Virus record (IMG/VR): IMGVR_UViG_3300020196_000017
Source of the DNA: an uncultured virus (IMG/VR IMGVR_UViG_3300020196_000017)
Taxonomy: Duplodnaviria; Heunggongvirae; Uroviricota; Caudoviricetes
Reading direction: 5' to 3' (one strand)
DNA length: 20,499 nt
Shown: piece by piece, positions 6,645-14,902 of the stretch
How positions within the stretch are numbered: position 1 is the stretch's first letter
Layout of the letters: the number at the start of each line of letters is the position of its first letter
The notes under the pieces: model-generated
The model's database searches: none
The model's input: only the letters and a program-made list of their open reading frames with translations
Told to the model about the DNA's origin: nothing
Made by a program: the position numbers and the translations under genes

Positions 6645-6968
6645 ATGGAAACCAACTCAAACCCAAACAAAGGTATTGACCTTAACCTTGTCGATCAAGT
6701 TGTAGCTCACATCCCAGCTTGGACTTGGACTGTAGTCAAAAAACAACTGGTTGACGCACTGGTTAATGCAATGCCTACCACGGTGCTTGAGAAATTGACA
6801 GGAGATCCAACCGACGATGATCGTGCATTGGAAATCCTGGATGATTATTACAAAACAAATGACATGAATCAAGAACTAATCATTGATGCGTTCAAAATCT
6901 TGGGTGAAGAGCACACTGTTTATTTGCTTGATGCTTTGCAGCTTGACAAGATCAAAGCGCCACAATGA
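6645..6968 (+). CDS. Hypothetical protein
   Basis: 107-aa ORF, ATGA overlap with next. Confidence 0.75.
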   Translation: METNSNPNKGIDLNLVDQVVAHIPAWTWTVVKKQLVDALVNAMPTTVLEKLTGDPTDDDRALEILDDYYKTNDMNQELIIDAFKILGEEHTVYLLDALQLDKIKAPQ

Positions 6969-7297
6969 AATGCCGCAATTGCAACAGTAAAAACACACGT
7001 GTCATTTGCACAGATCAATTTGATGTAGTAACTAAACGTTACTGCCGGTGTCTTGATTGCAACACTAGCTTTCGCACTGTCGAACGCTACGAAGTTGCTA
7101 AGCCTATACCGTTGAATCCAGCTCCCAACATTGGAGTAGACAACCCAAACTCAAGGCTTACCACCAGGGAAATCCTAATGATCAGACACTTACATCAAAA
7201 AGGATTAAGCAATGGTCAACTAGCAATTCGTTTTAATCAATGCCGTAGTACCATCAGTCGTGTTGTCAACTACAAAACTTACACAAACATTAAGTAA
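6965..7297 (+). CDS. NrdR/Ogr-like zinc ribbon fused to HTH, putative regulator
   Basis: MKCRNC...TRV...KRYCRCLDCNTSFRTVER (two CxxC) plus RLT..EI..IR.L...GLS..QLA.RF...RSTISRVV. Confidence 0.7.
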   Translation: MKCRNCNSKNTRVICTDQFDVVTKRYCRCLDCNTSFRTVERYEVAKPIPLNPAPNIGVDNPNSRLTTREILMIRHLHQKGLSNGQLAIRFNQCRSTISRVVNYKTYTNIK

Positions 7298-7302
7298 TTT
7301 AC

Positions 7303-7602
7303 ATGACTACTAAAGAACAACCTAAATTCAACATTGGTGATCGCGTAGCCGAGAAACCAAAGCCACGTGCAATTTTGACGAATAAACCTGAGGTCAGGGA
7401 AAAGATTAAACCTTTTACCACTCAAAGGTATGGCACTGTACTTGATACGGTATATAAGCCGGTTTCCAATGGAAAGCGGGTTCCATACGTAAAGATTATG
7501 TGGGATTATTCCAGCTCTCCATCAGTTCATTCACAGAATAGAATCTGTCTTCAACAAGATTTGGCTGAGGAAATGGACAACTACTTCACTGCAACTTCAT
7601 GA
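7303..7602 (+). CDS. Hypothetical protein (possible small beta-barrel)
   Basis: KFNIGDRV...GTV...YVKIMWD pattern. Confidence 0.7.
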   Translation: MTTKEQPKFNIGDRVAEKPKPRAILTNKPEVREKIKPFTTQRYGTVLDTVYKPVSNGKRVPYVKIMWDYSSSPSVHSQNRICLQQDLAEEMDNYFTATS

Positions 7603-7603
7603 C

Positions 7604-8236
7604 ATGACTGTTGAACTCACTTGGGCAACACCAAACGCCGAAGCACTCATCGTTGAAATGGCACGTGTCTCGGCACCAGAGAACCAAAGTAACTTGGATA
7701 CAGCTCCAAGGTTATTGAAGTATCTTATTCGCAATCACCATTGGTCTCCATTTGAAATGGGAAACATGTGCGTAAAGATACACACGGAACGTGACATCTC
7801 TGCACAAATACTTAGGCATCGATCATTTAGTTTTCAAGAATACAGTACGCGCTATGCAGAAGCGCAGGCTTACACTATGCCTCAATACCGTAGGCAAGAC
7901 TTTGCTAATCGCCAAAATTCAATCGATGATTTATCTCCAAGTATGCTTGATGAATTAACTCGATTAACGGACCAAGCGTTAACAAATGTTGATTCAATTT
8001 ATAGACGCATGCTTAGTCTTGGTGTTGCGAAAGAAACAGCAAGGCGCATACTTCCACTTTGTACAAAAACAACTTTGTATATGAATGGAACTTTACGTAG
8101 CTGGATTCATTATCTTCAGCTGCGTACCCATGAATCAACCCAACTTGAACACAGGCTTATTGCAAAACAAATCCAGGCTATTTTTATGGAACAATTCTCA
8201 GTAATAGCTGAGGCTGCCTTTGAAACTCACAACTGA
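7604..8236 (+). CDS. thyX: Flavin-dependent thymidylate synthase ThyX
   Basis: HWSPFE, signature RHRSFSFQEYSTRY, E.AR.ILP, NGTLRSWIHY..LR, Q.EHR. Confidence 0.97.
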   Translation: MTVELTWATPNAEALIVEMARVSAPENQSNLDTAPRLLKYLIRNHHWSPFEMGNMCVKIHTERDISAQILRHRSFSFQEYSTRYAEAQAYTMPQYRRQDFANRQNSIDDLSPSMLDELTRLTDQALTNVDSIYRRMLSLGVAKETARRILPLCTKTTLYMNGTLRSWIHYLQLRTHESTQLEHRLIAKQIQAIFMEQFSVIAEAAFETHN

Positions 8237-8243
8237 TTACGAC

Positions 8244-8558
8244 ATGATGACTTCTGAACTTCGTCGACTTAACTACAAAAGGAGAGAGTCTCAGCTCCTG
8301 GAAGAACTCGAATGCTTTCATCCAGTGATTGAAAAAGTATCACGTGCCATAAGCGACTGGCAATCAGAGCGTGATTGGTATTTTCAAACGGATCGTGCCT
8401 TCAGGACGTTAGATGCTGTGGCAACTGAATTGAATAAGGAAGGGCATCGTGAAGCAGCAAGTTACTTGTTGCGCATCATCGGTAGTCACATACCCAAACC
8501 TCGCTCTGCTGACAGCAAGCCTGAAGAACCTCAACGTCTTAGCCAACTGTACTTCTGA
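8244..8558 (+). CDS. Hypothetical protein
   Basis: ATG 8244 just after thyX stop; TGATG coupling to next. Confidence 0.7.
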   Translation: MMTSELRRLNYKRRESQLLEELECFHPVIEKVSRAISDWQSERDWYFQTDRAFRTLDAVATELNKEGHREAASYLLRIIGSHIPKPRSADSKPEEPQRLSQLYF

Positions 8559-8818
8559 TGGACATCAAAGAAACCACTGTTATCAAAGAAGAATTCAGCA
8601 TCGATGAAGACAAGTACATCGCAGAGATTACTCTTAATCTCAACGGTGAATCTTCTTGGATTGAATACAGAGAGTACGAAAAGGATGGTGTTGGTTCTGC
8701 CATGTCAAGTGAAGTGACCATCCCATCGATGCACTTAATGGAAGAACTTGGTAAACGCCTATTGCGTTATGCAAACCTCTATCGATTCAACAAAGCAACA
8801 GACGAAGAACTTACTTAA
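8558..8818 (+). CDS. Acidic hypothetical protein
   Basis: 86-aa coupled ORF. Confidence 0.7.
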   Translation: MDIKETTVIKEEFSIDEDKYIAEITLNLNGESSWIEYREYEKDGVGSAMSSEVTIPSMHLMEELGKRLLRYANLYRFNKATDEELT

Positions 8819-8966
8819 GTTGACCACCAGTTACATATGGCATGTAATGGTGACCACGATAAGTAAGACCAAGCCAAGGACGATGAGCTAAATTCCACCA
8901 GGCTCGTTGTTTCTTGGCTTCTTCTTCTTTGTAATACTTGCAACCTCTGTAAGTAAGCTGTGTCAT
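8811..8966 (-). CDS. DUF4278-like small protein, 51 aa (not in ORF track)
   Basis: MTQLTYRGCKYYKEEEAKKQRAWWNLAHRPWLGLTYRGHHYMPYVTGGQLK: two LTYRGxxY repeats, the DUF4278 hallmark. Confidence 0.8.
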   Translation of the reverse strand: MTQLTYRGCKYYKEEEAKKQRAWWNLAHRPWLGLTYRGHHYMPYVTGGQLK

Positions 8967-8968
8967 GA

Positions 8969-9085
8969 CTAAAAACAAGCGGTGGGTTGTTTACCTAAAA
9001 CCTTTTGATTGTTCGCAGTTTCTTTTGAAGTGCGGACAATCTTTTTCTTTTTGTCAATCAAATAAACAATGAAGCCTTTATGCAT
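8969..9085 (-). CDS. Possible small basic protein upstream of the DUF4278-like gene
   Basis: MHKGFIVYLIDKKKKIVRTSKETANNQKVLGKQPTACF; stop 2 nt before the DUF4278 ATG. Confidence 0.35.
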   Translation of the reverse strand: MHKGFIVYLIDKKKKIVRTSKETANNQKVLGKQPTACF

Positions 9086-9091
9086 GATTCT

Positions 9092-9115
9092 GTATCTATT
9101 GCTACGGAAAGTATA
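9092..9115 (-). promoter_or_regulatory. -10 box TATACT with NtcA-like box over the predicted start site
   Basis: Minus strand TATACT (9115-9110) ttcc GTAGCAATAGATAC (9105-9092, GTA-N8-TAC). Confidence 0.5.
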
Positions 9116-9169
9116 TGACGATTCATGTATATGATGTCGTTCATCCAGATACAAACTTATAAAATTTTT

Positions 9170-9196
9170 TGTCCTAAGCATGACATTAAACTGTTA
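9170..9196 (+). ncRNA. Motif A copy 3
   Basis: TGTC CT AAGCA T GACA TTAAAC TGTT; followed by hairpin CATATAAG/CTTATGTG and leader of the GP88-like gene. Confidence 0.7.
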
Positions 9197-9258
9197 GGTG
9201 CATATAAGTTTTACTTATGTGTGGCCGTACATTCTTCAACTCAACCCAAGTCAACACA

Positions 9259-10038
9259 ATGAAACTTCTCAAGTTCTCCACGGGTAATGCCAAGCTTGGT
9301 AAGCGTCTCATCTTTAATCTCCCAGCGGGCTATGCATGCCCTAACGCAGGCGTATGCAAGACCATGGCTGATAGAACTACAGGTGAAATCAGAGACCTGC
9401 CACAGCTCAATGGAACGCAAGCAGATGAATTCCGCTGCTTTGCTGCAATGGCAGAGACCAGGCCAAACGTACGTGATTCCAGGTGGCACAACTGGGACTT
9501 ACTGCGTGAAGCCATGTATGAATCCAGTGATCAACTTAAAGCACTGACTTCTATCATCGAACTATCGCTCATGGTTCAGCCAAAGCTGGACCTATGTCGC
9601 ATTCACGAGTCAGGCGACTTCTGGACTGAGCAGTACCTACGTGCATGGCTCAACGTTGCACGTAACAATACCGACATCAAGTTTTACGCCTACACCAAGT
9701 CTCTTGGTATGTGGCTCAGTTGTCAGTCCGAAATCCCATCCAACGTCTATCTCACCGCATCACACGGTGGTACTCTCGATTACTTAATCTCCAAACATAA
9801 AGAAATCTTTAAGAGAGTAGCCTACGTTGTGTACACGGAAGAACAAGCAGAGGCACTGGGACTCGAGGTGGATCACGATGACTCACATTGTTTCGGCACT
9901 AAGCCATTCGCACTATTGGTACATGGCTCCCAGCGGGCAGGATCCGATGCCAGTAAAGCAATATCTCAACGTAAGTCCCAGGGGAAATTTGTTGGTTACA
10001 ACAAAGCCAAACAACAACATTACTTAGTGCCCCCATGA
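9259..10038 (+). CDS. GP88-like (radical-SAM-like) phage protein
   Basis: GNAKL..FNLPAG..CP.A..C...CFA, RIHESGDF, FYAYTKS motifs; ATG 9259 preferred over 9217. Confidence 0.75.
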   Translation: MKLLKFSTGNAKLGKRLIFNLPAGYACPNAGVCKTMADRTTGEIRDLPQLNGTQADEFRCFAAMAETRPNVRDSRWHNWDLLREAMYESSDQLKALTSIIELSLMVQPKLDLCRIHESGDFWTEQYLRAWLNVARNNTDIKFYAYTKSLGMWLSCQSEIPSNVYLTASHGGTLDYLISKHKEIFKRVAYVVYTEEQAEALGLEVDHDDSHCFGTKPFALLVHGSQRAGSDASKAISQRKSQGKFVGYNKAKQQHYLVPP

Positions 10039-10076
10039 TTTAAAAAATCCATTACCATCTGTAAGTTCTTTTTGCT

Positions 10077-10118
10077 CCCCCTGACCCCCACCGGGGACCA
10101 CCAGGGGGTACTCTTTTT
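10077..10118 (+). terminator. Intrinsic terminator candidate
   Basis: CCCCCTG...CCCC/GGGG...CAGGGGG then TACTCTTTTT. Confidence 0.55.
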
Positions 10119-10135
10119 ATTAAAGAAACTTACTT

Positions 10136-10369
10136 ATGTCTTACATTATTGCCACTTGGAAAGGTACCACTCCTTACGGAGTAAGGGCCGATAGAGACTC
10201 CAATTCATTTCAACTTATTCCGCTAGTATCAGACGTAGCCCTGAGCCAGGTGTACTCCTCGCCATACCAATCAGGAGCACAGTCAATACTTAAGTGGATC
10301 AAAGAAAATGACACAGTTCTCTCCGGTGAAGAATTCGAAGTTTGCGATGAAGGACGTTTCCGGAAGTGA
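10136..10369 (+). CDS. Hypothetical protein
   Basis: 77-aa ORF directly upstream of and overlapping the polymerase start. Confidence 0.7.
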   Translation: MSYIIATWKGTTPYGVRADRDSNSFQLIPLVSDVALSQVYSSPYQSGAQSILKWIKENDTVLSGEEFEVCDEGRFRK

Positions 10370-12173
10370 GCGGTGGTACGTTGTTGATATTGAAACAGAT
10401 AACCTTTACGACAAAGTTACAAAAATATATTGTATTGTTCTCCACGATGTCCAAGGAGAACAGACTTTTACTTATGGGCCTGATCGTATTGCTGACGGTC
10501 TTGAGCATATGGCTAACGCTCATGTGCTCATTGGTCACAACATCATCTTTTACGATCTGCCGGTTATAAGAAAACTTTATCCTTTTTATACATTTAAAGC
10601 AGCTCGACTTATCGACACACTCATTTGCACTCGACTTATCTGGCCTAAGGAAGTTCTTTATGATCTCGACACAGAACAATATACGGAGGTTCCAAAGAAT
10701 CTCTGTGGTTCAGCCTCGCTTAAAGCATGGGGCTACCGATTGGCAGACAATAAAATTGAATTTAAAGACTTCACGAAATTCTCTAACGAAATGTTGGAGT
10801 ACTGCGTCCAGGACGTTAATGTCACCACTCAACTCTTTAGGCTTGTTCAAAAGCAAAACTATAGAGAGTCGGCATTACGGCTTGAACATGATTTTGCCAT
10901 CTCCATTAATGAACAAATTAGAACAGGTTTTCCTTTTGATGTTGATGCATGCCTTGATCTTGTGGATGTGCTTAGAACAAGACAAACGGAACTCGAAAGC
11001 AATTTAAAAGAAATCTTTCCGCCTATTAAACATGAAGAAGTATTTATTCCCAAAGTAAATAACGCTAAACGTGGTTATGTTAAAGGCGAACCATTCACTA
11101 AAGTCTTGTACCAAGAATTTAATCCTGGCTCTCGTGAACAAATTGTTGAAAGACTTAAAAACAAATACGGGTGGTCCCCTGCAAAAACTACGGATAAAGG
11201 CAATCCGGTGCTTAATGACGATGTACTGGAAGCACTTCCATACCCCGAAGCAAAACCACTTGCGGAATACATGCTTGTCAAGAAACGTCTTGGGCAAATA
11301 GCTGATGGATCCAACGCATGGTTAAAGCTTGTCAACAATGACACCGGTTGTATTCACGGTGATGTAATTACTAACGGCTGCATTACGGGTCGTTGTGCGC
11401 ACCGTAATCCCAACATGGGTCAGGTACCTGCAAGTTATTCGCCATATGGAAAAGAATGCCGATCATTATTCCATACGCCCCAGGGATGGGCATTGATTGG
11501 TGTTGATGCCAAAGCGTTGGAACTCAGATGCCTTGCTGGTTATTTGGCACATTGGGATAGTGGTGAATACGCACGTATTGTTACTGATGAATCAATTGAC
11601 ATTCATGTTTATAACCAAGAGCGATTTGGTGTAGCTACCAGGGATATCAGTAAGCGTTTACTCTATGGGCTTCTATATGGGTGTGGTGCATTGAAGGCTG
11701 GCACTATTATTGATCCGAATGAAAAAGATGAAATTGTTCTGCGTCGTATGGGAGGTAACGCAATTAATTCATTCATGAATAGTGTGCCTGCTTTGCGTCA
11801 GCTTAAACAAAAGATTGAATCAACTATTCAAGAACGTAATTACTTGCGTGGGCTTGATGGCCGTGCACTTTTTTGTAGATCTGAATTCAAAGGATTAAAT
11901 GTTTTATTGCAATCATCTGGTGCATTAATTATGAAACAAGTTGTTATTGAACTTCACAAAACTATGTATGAAGAAGGGTATGTCTACGGCATGGACTGGC
12001 AGCAAAATGCCATGATCCATGACGAACTTCAATTGTCTTGTCCGTCTCACATGATTGACACTTTGAAACAAGAAGCGCTTGATTCATTTCCAAAAGCTCA
12101 GCAATTCTTTGGATTTCAATGTCTTATTGAGGGTGATGCCCATGTAGGATCCTGCTGGGCTGAGACGCATTAG
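10347..12173 (+). CDS. polA: Family A DNA polymerase, T7 gp5-like (3'-5' exonuclease + polymerase)
   Basis: ExoI DIET, ExoII GHNIIFYD, ExoIII YCVQDV, TGR, motif A DAKALELR, motif B RDISKRLLYGLLYG, motif C IHDE; start 10347 or 10308. Confidence 0.96.
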   Translation: MKDVSGSERWYVVDIETDNLYDKVTKIYCIVLHDVQGEQTFTYGPDRIADGLEHMANAHVLIGHNIIFYDLPVIRKLYPFYTFKAARLIDTLICTRLIWPKEVLYDLDTEQYTEVPKNLCGSASLKAWGYRLADNKIEFKDFTKFSNEMLEYCVQDVNVTTQLFRLVQKQNYRESALRLEHDFAISINEQIRTGFPFDVDACLDLVDVLRTRQTELESNLKEIFPPIKHEEVFIPKVNNAKRGYVKGEPFTKVLYQEFNPGSREQIVERLKNKYGWSPAKTTDKGNPVLNDDVLEALPYPEAKPLAEYMLVKKRLGQIADGSNAWLKLVNNDTGCIHGDVITNGCITGRCAHRNPNMGQVPASYSPYGKECRSLFHTPQGWALIGVDAKALELRCLAGYLAHWDSGEYARIVTDESIDIHVYNQERFGVATRDISKRLLYGLLYGCGALKAGTIIDPNEKDEIVLRRMGGNAINSFMNSVPALRQLKQKIESTIQERNYLRGLDGRALFCRSEFKGLNVLLQSSGALIMKQVVIELHKTMYEEGYVYGMDWQQNAMIHDELQLSCPSHMIDTLKQEALDSFPKAQQFFGFQCLIEGDAHVGSCWAETH

Positions 12174-12226
12174 CTAATGACAAATCAACTAACTCCTGAA
12201 CAAATCGATGCATTTCTAGATTTGCC

Positions 12227-12382
12227 ATGTCAGTTAAAAAACCCGGATTGTTTGAACGTATTCAAATGTCAGCTGGCAAGATGCCATTATGGAACTGGGC
12301 AGACAATGTAACTGTCGGACTGGCAGCGCTTGTCGTCTTGGTTGCCGTTGTGGCTGTGCTGCTAGTAACTTGTAAGGTTTAG
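12227..12382 (+). CDS. Small membrane protein, 51 aa (not in ORF track)
   Basis: MSVKKPGLFERIQMSAGKMPLWNWADNVTVGLAALVVLVAVVAVLLVTCKV. Confidence 0.55.
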   Translation: MSVKKPGLFERIQMSAGKMPLWNWADNVTVGLAALVVLVAVVAVLLVTCKV

Positions 12383-12408
12383 TTACTAGTTCATTTGTTT
12401 TGTTACTT

Positions 12409-12435
12409 CGTCCCAGGTATGACGTTAAACTGCCT
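12409..12435 (+). ncRNA. Motif A copy 4
   Basis: CGTC CC AGGTA T GACG TTAAAC TGCCT; 20 nt upstream of the ssb ATG. Confidence 0.75.
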
Positions 12436-12455
12436 TCTACTACTCTTTTGTATCT

Positions 12456-13268
12456 ATGAACTTTGTAAGCATTTGCGCACAAACAACTGAGGAGCCTCGC
12501 GAGGTTTACGTCAGTGCCACATCTACTGCAATTCGTTGCAATGTTTTGTTGCCTCCAGTAGGGAACAAAGCACCTACTCCAATTGAACTTAACGTTTATG
12601 GAAAAAACTCAGAGCGGTTTGCTCGTACAACGAAGCACTCCAAGGTCTTCATTCATGGCGCAAAATTACGCTTTGACCTTGACTCCAGAACGTATTCATT
12701 GCATGGAGGAGTTATCGCTACGGTTGATGAAACGTTCCCTATCTTTAACACAGTCATCCTCAGTGGCCGTTGCGTTAAAGACATCTATCGCGATGACGAA
12801 CGCGCTTTCAAAACAACCACTGATGGATTGATGGTCTGCAATCAAACCTTATCAGTAAGTACTGGTAAGAACCAAGCAGATCTGTTTAACTTTTATGCAA
12901 TTAATACAAGTCAAGACAAGTTAAACAATGCGGAACTACTTGTTAATTTCACGCGTAAAGGTGTTGGCCTCACGATTAATGGCCGTTTGGTTACTGATGA
13001 ATGGAATGATTCTCAAACCAAAGAACGCAAGCATGCTACCAAGATCCAATTGGTAAGTATGACCCTGGCTCCCAAGGCTTCGCTGCCTAATAAAGATGGT
13101 GAAGGTCGGGAGATTAAACCGCAGACAACAGTTAACGGTGCAGGGAAAGTTGCTTCGCTTTGGGGCGGAAAAACATTGGATGACAATCCTTGGGATCAGA
13201 CGAGCGGGCTACCGGATTTGCCTGGTCAGTACGGTGCTGCACCTGATCTTGACAACGAACCTTTCTAA
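12456..13268 (+). CDS. ssb: Single-stranded DNA-binding protein with two tandem OB folds
   Basis: MNFVSIC...EPR and FNTVILSGR..KD...GVGLTINGRL..DEW.D..T.ERK repeats; G/P-rich linker; acidic tip DLDNEPF. Confidence 0.85.
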   Translation: MNFVSICAQTTEEPREVYVSATSTAIRCNVLLPPVGNKAPTPIELNVYGKNSERFARTTKHSKVFIHGAKLRFDLDSRTYSLHGGVIATVDETFPIFNTVILSGRCVKDIYRDDERAFKTTTDGLMVCNQTLSVSTGKNQADLFNFYAINTSQDKLNNAELLVNFTRKGVGLTINGRLVTDEWNDSQTKERKHATKIQLVSMTLAPKASLPNKDGEGREIKPQTTVNGAGKVASLWGGKTLDDNPWDQTSGLPDLPGQYGAAPDLDNEPF

Positions 13269-13281
13269 TTAACTACTCACC

Positions 13282-13545
13282 ATGACTTCTGAATCACTAA
13301 TTGAATTCCAACGGGGAATTGACTTTGAGGAATTAACGCTTCAAGATTGTATTGCTATTAATTTTTATTTGGATAACGTTGTAGAACTTTGTGTTAAAGG
13401 AGAAACAAATGCAGATCAAGTAAGAAATAACTTAGATCTATTAGCCAAATCTGCATATTCTATTGCAGATGTTTTTTGTCAAATGCGTAAAAGAATACGA
13501 GAATCAATTGAAGAAACAAATGAAGAAGAAAGCGAGGTTGCGTAA
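13282..13545 (+). CDS. Hypothetical protein
   Basis: 87-aa ORF, TAATG coupling to next. Confidence 0.7.
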   Translation: MTSESLIEFQRGIDFEELTLQDCIAINFYLDNVVELCVKGETNADQVRNNLDLLAKSAYSIADVFCQMRKRIRESIEETNEEESEVA

Positions 13546-13778
13546 TGGATAATTCAAAACTTGTGTTTAGTTACACTGATGAAGATTCAAAGATTACTTA
13601 TGAATCGATGGGTGTAACAACAGATGAAGTAATGCATCACGTTGTTTGTTTTCTGTTGTCTATGGGTTACGCACGGGAGAGTATTCACTCAGCCATGCAA
13701 GAAATCGTAGAGGAACATGAAGACTATTTACGAAATGAGCCTAACTATAAACTTGAATTGCCGCCAGACGTAGTCTGA
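13545..13778 (+). CDS. Hypothetical protein
   Basis: 77-aa coupled ORF. Confidence 0.7.
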   Translation: MDNSKLVFSYTDEDSKITYESMGVTTDEVMHHVVCFLLSMGYARESIHSAMQEIVEEHEDYLRNEPNYKLELPPDVV

Positions 13779-13782
13779 AGGC

Positions 13783-13810
13783 ACGTCCTGGGATGACGTT
13801 AAAAGCATCC
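13783..13810 (+). ncRNA. Motif A copy 5 (variant)
   Basis: ACGTC CT GGGAT GACGT TAAAA GC ATCC; P2 shifted (GGAT/ATCC); 21 nt upstream of ATG 13832. Confidence 0.55.
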
Positions 13811-13831
13811 ATTCATCACAACGAAATCACC

Positions 13832-14902
13832 ATGAGTGAACCTACGATTGCTGAATTAGTTGATTCCACTACTAACTACTTGAAACCTACTAAGACTATG
13901 ACTGTGAAGAAAACTTTTGCCCTTGCCACCCGTGGCCTGGATTCTTTCAAACTTTTCCAAGATAAGCAATTCGTCTCCGGCTACCAAAACCTCGTCACCA
14001 TCCAACCCCTTAACAAATCGAAGACACGAGGTTGGTTCGTGCGGAAGTCAGATCTGGACACTTGTGGATGGAACGCCACTGAAAGTGACTTTGCTAAAGG
14101 TTCAGTCATTTGGGACTACAAGCAAACTTTCGGTATGGCTCCCAATACTTCAGTGGAAGAAGGGCTCAATTTTGTTGAGCCTCGAATTCAAATCCTTCTG
14201 CGTTCCCCGCTTATGGTAGAAGAAGCTAAAGGAATGAGGCAGACAATTGGTACCTTTGATAATCCAGAGGTTAAAGAACTTTGGGAAGCTGACAAGATTG
14301 CAGCTGATCTTGAAAAAAGTAAGGGTAAAATGCATGATCGTAAGTACAGTGTACGTACAAAATACTTGGTGTACGTTCTGACCCAGGACAATAAGCGAGC
14401 CCATAAGATCCCAATGGTTCTTACCTTAAAAGGATTGAATGGTACTGATATTTCCGAAAAGGTTCGGATGTATGAAAAAGAAATGTCCAAGTGTTTAAGC
14501 AAAGCTTTGGATTCAGAAATTCCTCTTGCATTCAATGAAAAGTTCTATGCCACTACCGTATTTGCTCCGGTACTTGCCAATGAGATGCGTGGCGCCAACA
14601 ACGTTGAGATCTGCGCAATTGAATCTTTTGACATCCCTGATTACAGCAGTCAAGAAGACGCAATCGAATCATTGAATCGCATGTCGATTCCTGATGAAGA
14701 TCGCGAATCTACTTGGAAGTATCAGGAGATGTTCAATGACTACATCAACCAACATGCACGGCAAGACGCTGAAAAGCTCGGTGGTGCTTATGGAATTAAA
14801 GATGGTGTAGAGATTCTTCCAGCGTCCCGAACTACCGATCTGGTTGATGTAAGGGCTCTTCCTGCTCGGGATGAAACTACGGGTGAAGACCTGTCGTTTT
14901 AA
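13832..14902 (+). CDS. DUF5895-like protein
   Basis: PRIQILLRSPL...YLVYVL..DN...H.IP..LTLKG..G pattern recalled from cyanobacterial DUF5895 proteins; ATG 13793 lies inside motif A so 13832 preferred. Confidence 0.6.
   Translation: MSEPTIAELVDSTTNYLKPTKTMTVKKTFALATRGLDSFKLFQDKQFVSGYQNLVTIQPLNKSKTRGWFVRKSDLDTCGWNATESDFAKGSVIWDYKQTFGMAPNTSVEEGLNFVEPRIQILLRSPLMVEEAKGMRQTIGTFDNPEVKELWEADKIAADLEKSKGKMHDRKYSVRTKYLVYVLTQDNKRAHKIPMVLTLKGLNGTDISEKVRMYEKEMSKCLSKALDSEIPLAFNEKFYATTVFAPVLANEMRGANNVEICAIESFDIPDYSSQEDAIESLNRMSIPDEDRESTWKYQEMFNDYINQHARQDAEKLGGAYGIKDGVEILPASRTTDLVDVRALPARDETTGEDLSF

Noticed and set aside
8826..8929. Long hairpins on the + strand after 8818
   Set aside because: They lie within the minus-strand DUF4278-like CDS; no independent evidence for an RNA function
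9091..9153. Glutamine riboswitch upstream of the DUF4278-like gene
   Set aside because: Fragments ACGGAAAGTA and CGTTCATCC are on the wrong strand and in the wrong order, with no closing GAACG; only a generic TGTATCT/AGATACA stem remains
12409..12435. Motif A as integron attC/attI core (GTTAAAC = GTTRRRY)
   Set aside because: Two copies read ATTAAAC, there is no RYYYAAC inverse core, and no integrase is in the window
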